64,000 nt of DNA from an uncultured cyanobacterium. GTDB lineage: Bacteria > Cyanobacteriota > Cyanobacteriia > Cyanobacteriales > Nostocaceae. The notes under the pieces were generated by a model. That model worked only from the letters and a program-made list of their open reading frames with translations, searched no databases and was not told the origin of the DNA. The position numbers and the translations under genes are program-made. The stretch is taken from assembly GCA_963740315.1 (NCBI GenBank), contig CAVUDP010000002.1:2080001-2144000 (forward strand). The letters run 5' to 3'. Shown here piece by piece: positions 63,247-64,000 of this stretch (positions are counted from its first letter, which is position 1; every line of letters starts with the position of its first letter).

Positions 63247-64000
63247 TTACCAGGAGAAATAATCTTCTTTAATGTCTGTAACGAACATATATCCCGGCGC
63301 ATGAGTAATCGCGATTTCTGGTTTTGCTTGAATAATTGCGATTTGAGTTGTCACCCCGCAAGCCCAGAATACAGGAATTTCCCCTTCAGCAATTGTTACA
63401 GCTTCACCGAAATCGGGAGCTTCAAGATTTTTAATTCCAATTGCTTCGGGAGAGCCAAAGTGTATCGGCGTACCGTGGGCTTTAGAAAAACGACTGGTAA
63501 TTTGTACCGCACGAATTATATCTGATGCAGCTAATGGACGCATCGACACTACTAAAGGTGAAGAAAATGCTCCTGCCTCCCTACAAGTGATATTCGTTTT
63601 GTACATCGGCACATTTTTACCTTCTTCAATGTGTCTAACGGGAATACCTGCATCCATCAGCGCTGATTCAAAAGAAAACGAACAGCCAACCAAGAAACCG
63701 ACAAAATCATCGCGCCAAATATTTGATATCTCAGCTACTTCTTCTTTTAATTCTCCATTACGAAATATATTGTAGCGAGGTAAATCCGTTCTCAAATCCG
63801 CACCAGGAGCAACTATTTGCGGCTCGGCATTTCCAACTTCGGTTACATCCAGTATCGGACAGGGTTTGGGGTTGCGAGTACAAAAAACTAAAAAGTCAAA
63901 TGCCATACTTTTTGGCAAAATAACTAAATTTGCTTGTAGAAATCCACAGGCAATTCCGGGGGTTGGAAATTGAAATGTTCCTTGGCGACATTGAAACCGA
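63247..64000 (-). CDS. DUF1445 putative hydro-lyase (D-glutamate cyclase N-terminal-like), 5' end outside window
   Basis: Frame is open to the window end (..GFLQANLVILP); RNPKPCP, DLRTDLPRY, GCSFSFE, FWACGVT and THAPG motifs. Confidence 0.88.
   Translation of the reverse strand, partial: RFQCRQGTFQFPTPGIACGFLQANLVILPKSMAFDFLVFCTRNPKPCPILDVTEVGNAEPQIVAPGADLRTDLPRYNIFRNGELKEEVAEISNIWRDDFVGFLVGCSFSFESALMDAGIPVRHIEEGKNVPMYKTNITCREAGAFSSPLVVSMRPLAASDIIRAVQITSRFSKAHGTPIHFGSPEAIGIKNLEAPDFGEAVTIAEGEIPVFWACGVTTQIAIIQAKPEIAITHAPGYMFVTDIKEDYFSW

Overview
AT-rich chromosomal DNA from a filamentous cyanobacterium, probably Nostocales; this is inferred from abundant HIP1 GCGATCGC sites, heptamer STRR tracts, psbI/psbN/psbH and PEP-CTERM proteins. 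The core (about 10.2-44.7 kb) is a scytonemin (UV-A sunscreen) gene cluster: scyABC, two ScyD/E-family genes, two scyF paralogs, eboABC, a glycosyltransferase, tyrA, dsbA, aroB/eboD, eboEF and trpEG-C-A-B-D, with the divergent PAS histidine kinase and AraC-type response regulator. Compared with the Nostoc punctiforme cluster, the terminal DAHP synthase survives only as a start-less 3' remnant, the tyrosinase is absent, scyF is duplicated, the scyD-position gene lacks export signals, and an extra PEP-CTERM gene sits inside the trp block. The best candidate for an undescribed system lies between tRNA-His and the scy cluster (about 1.4-9.7 kb). It is a tandemly duplicated two-gene module: a Gly/Phe/Met-rich low-complexity 'MAEDTN' protein followed by a very acidic protein with a C-terminal (N-x-x-[ILV]-G-N-G-N-W)n repeat domain. 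All four proteins carry many NPF motifs. The right third holds two hexapeptide acyltransferases, psbI, an LptD-like DUF3769 protein, a GH38 mannosidase, psbN/psbH bracketed by two mutually inverted repeat arrays, tatA, pth, rpsU, rsmI, a PfkB kinase, a CysQ-like phosphatase and a split D-glutamate-cyclase-like pair. All product calls come from motif recognition and synteny recalled from memory; no searches were run.
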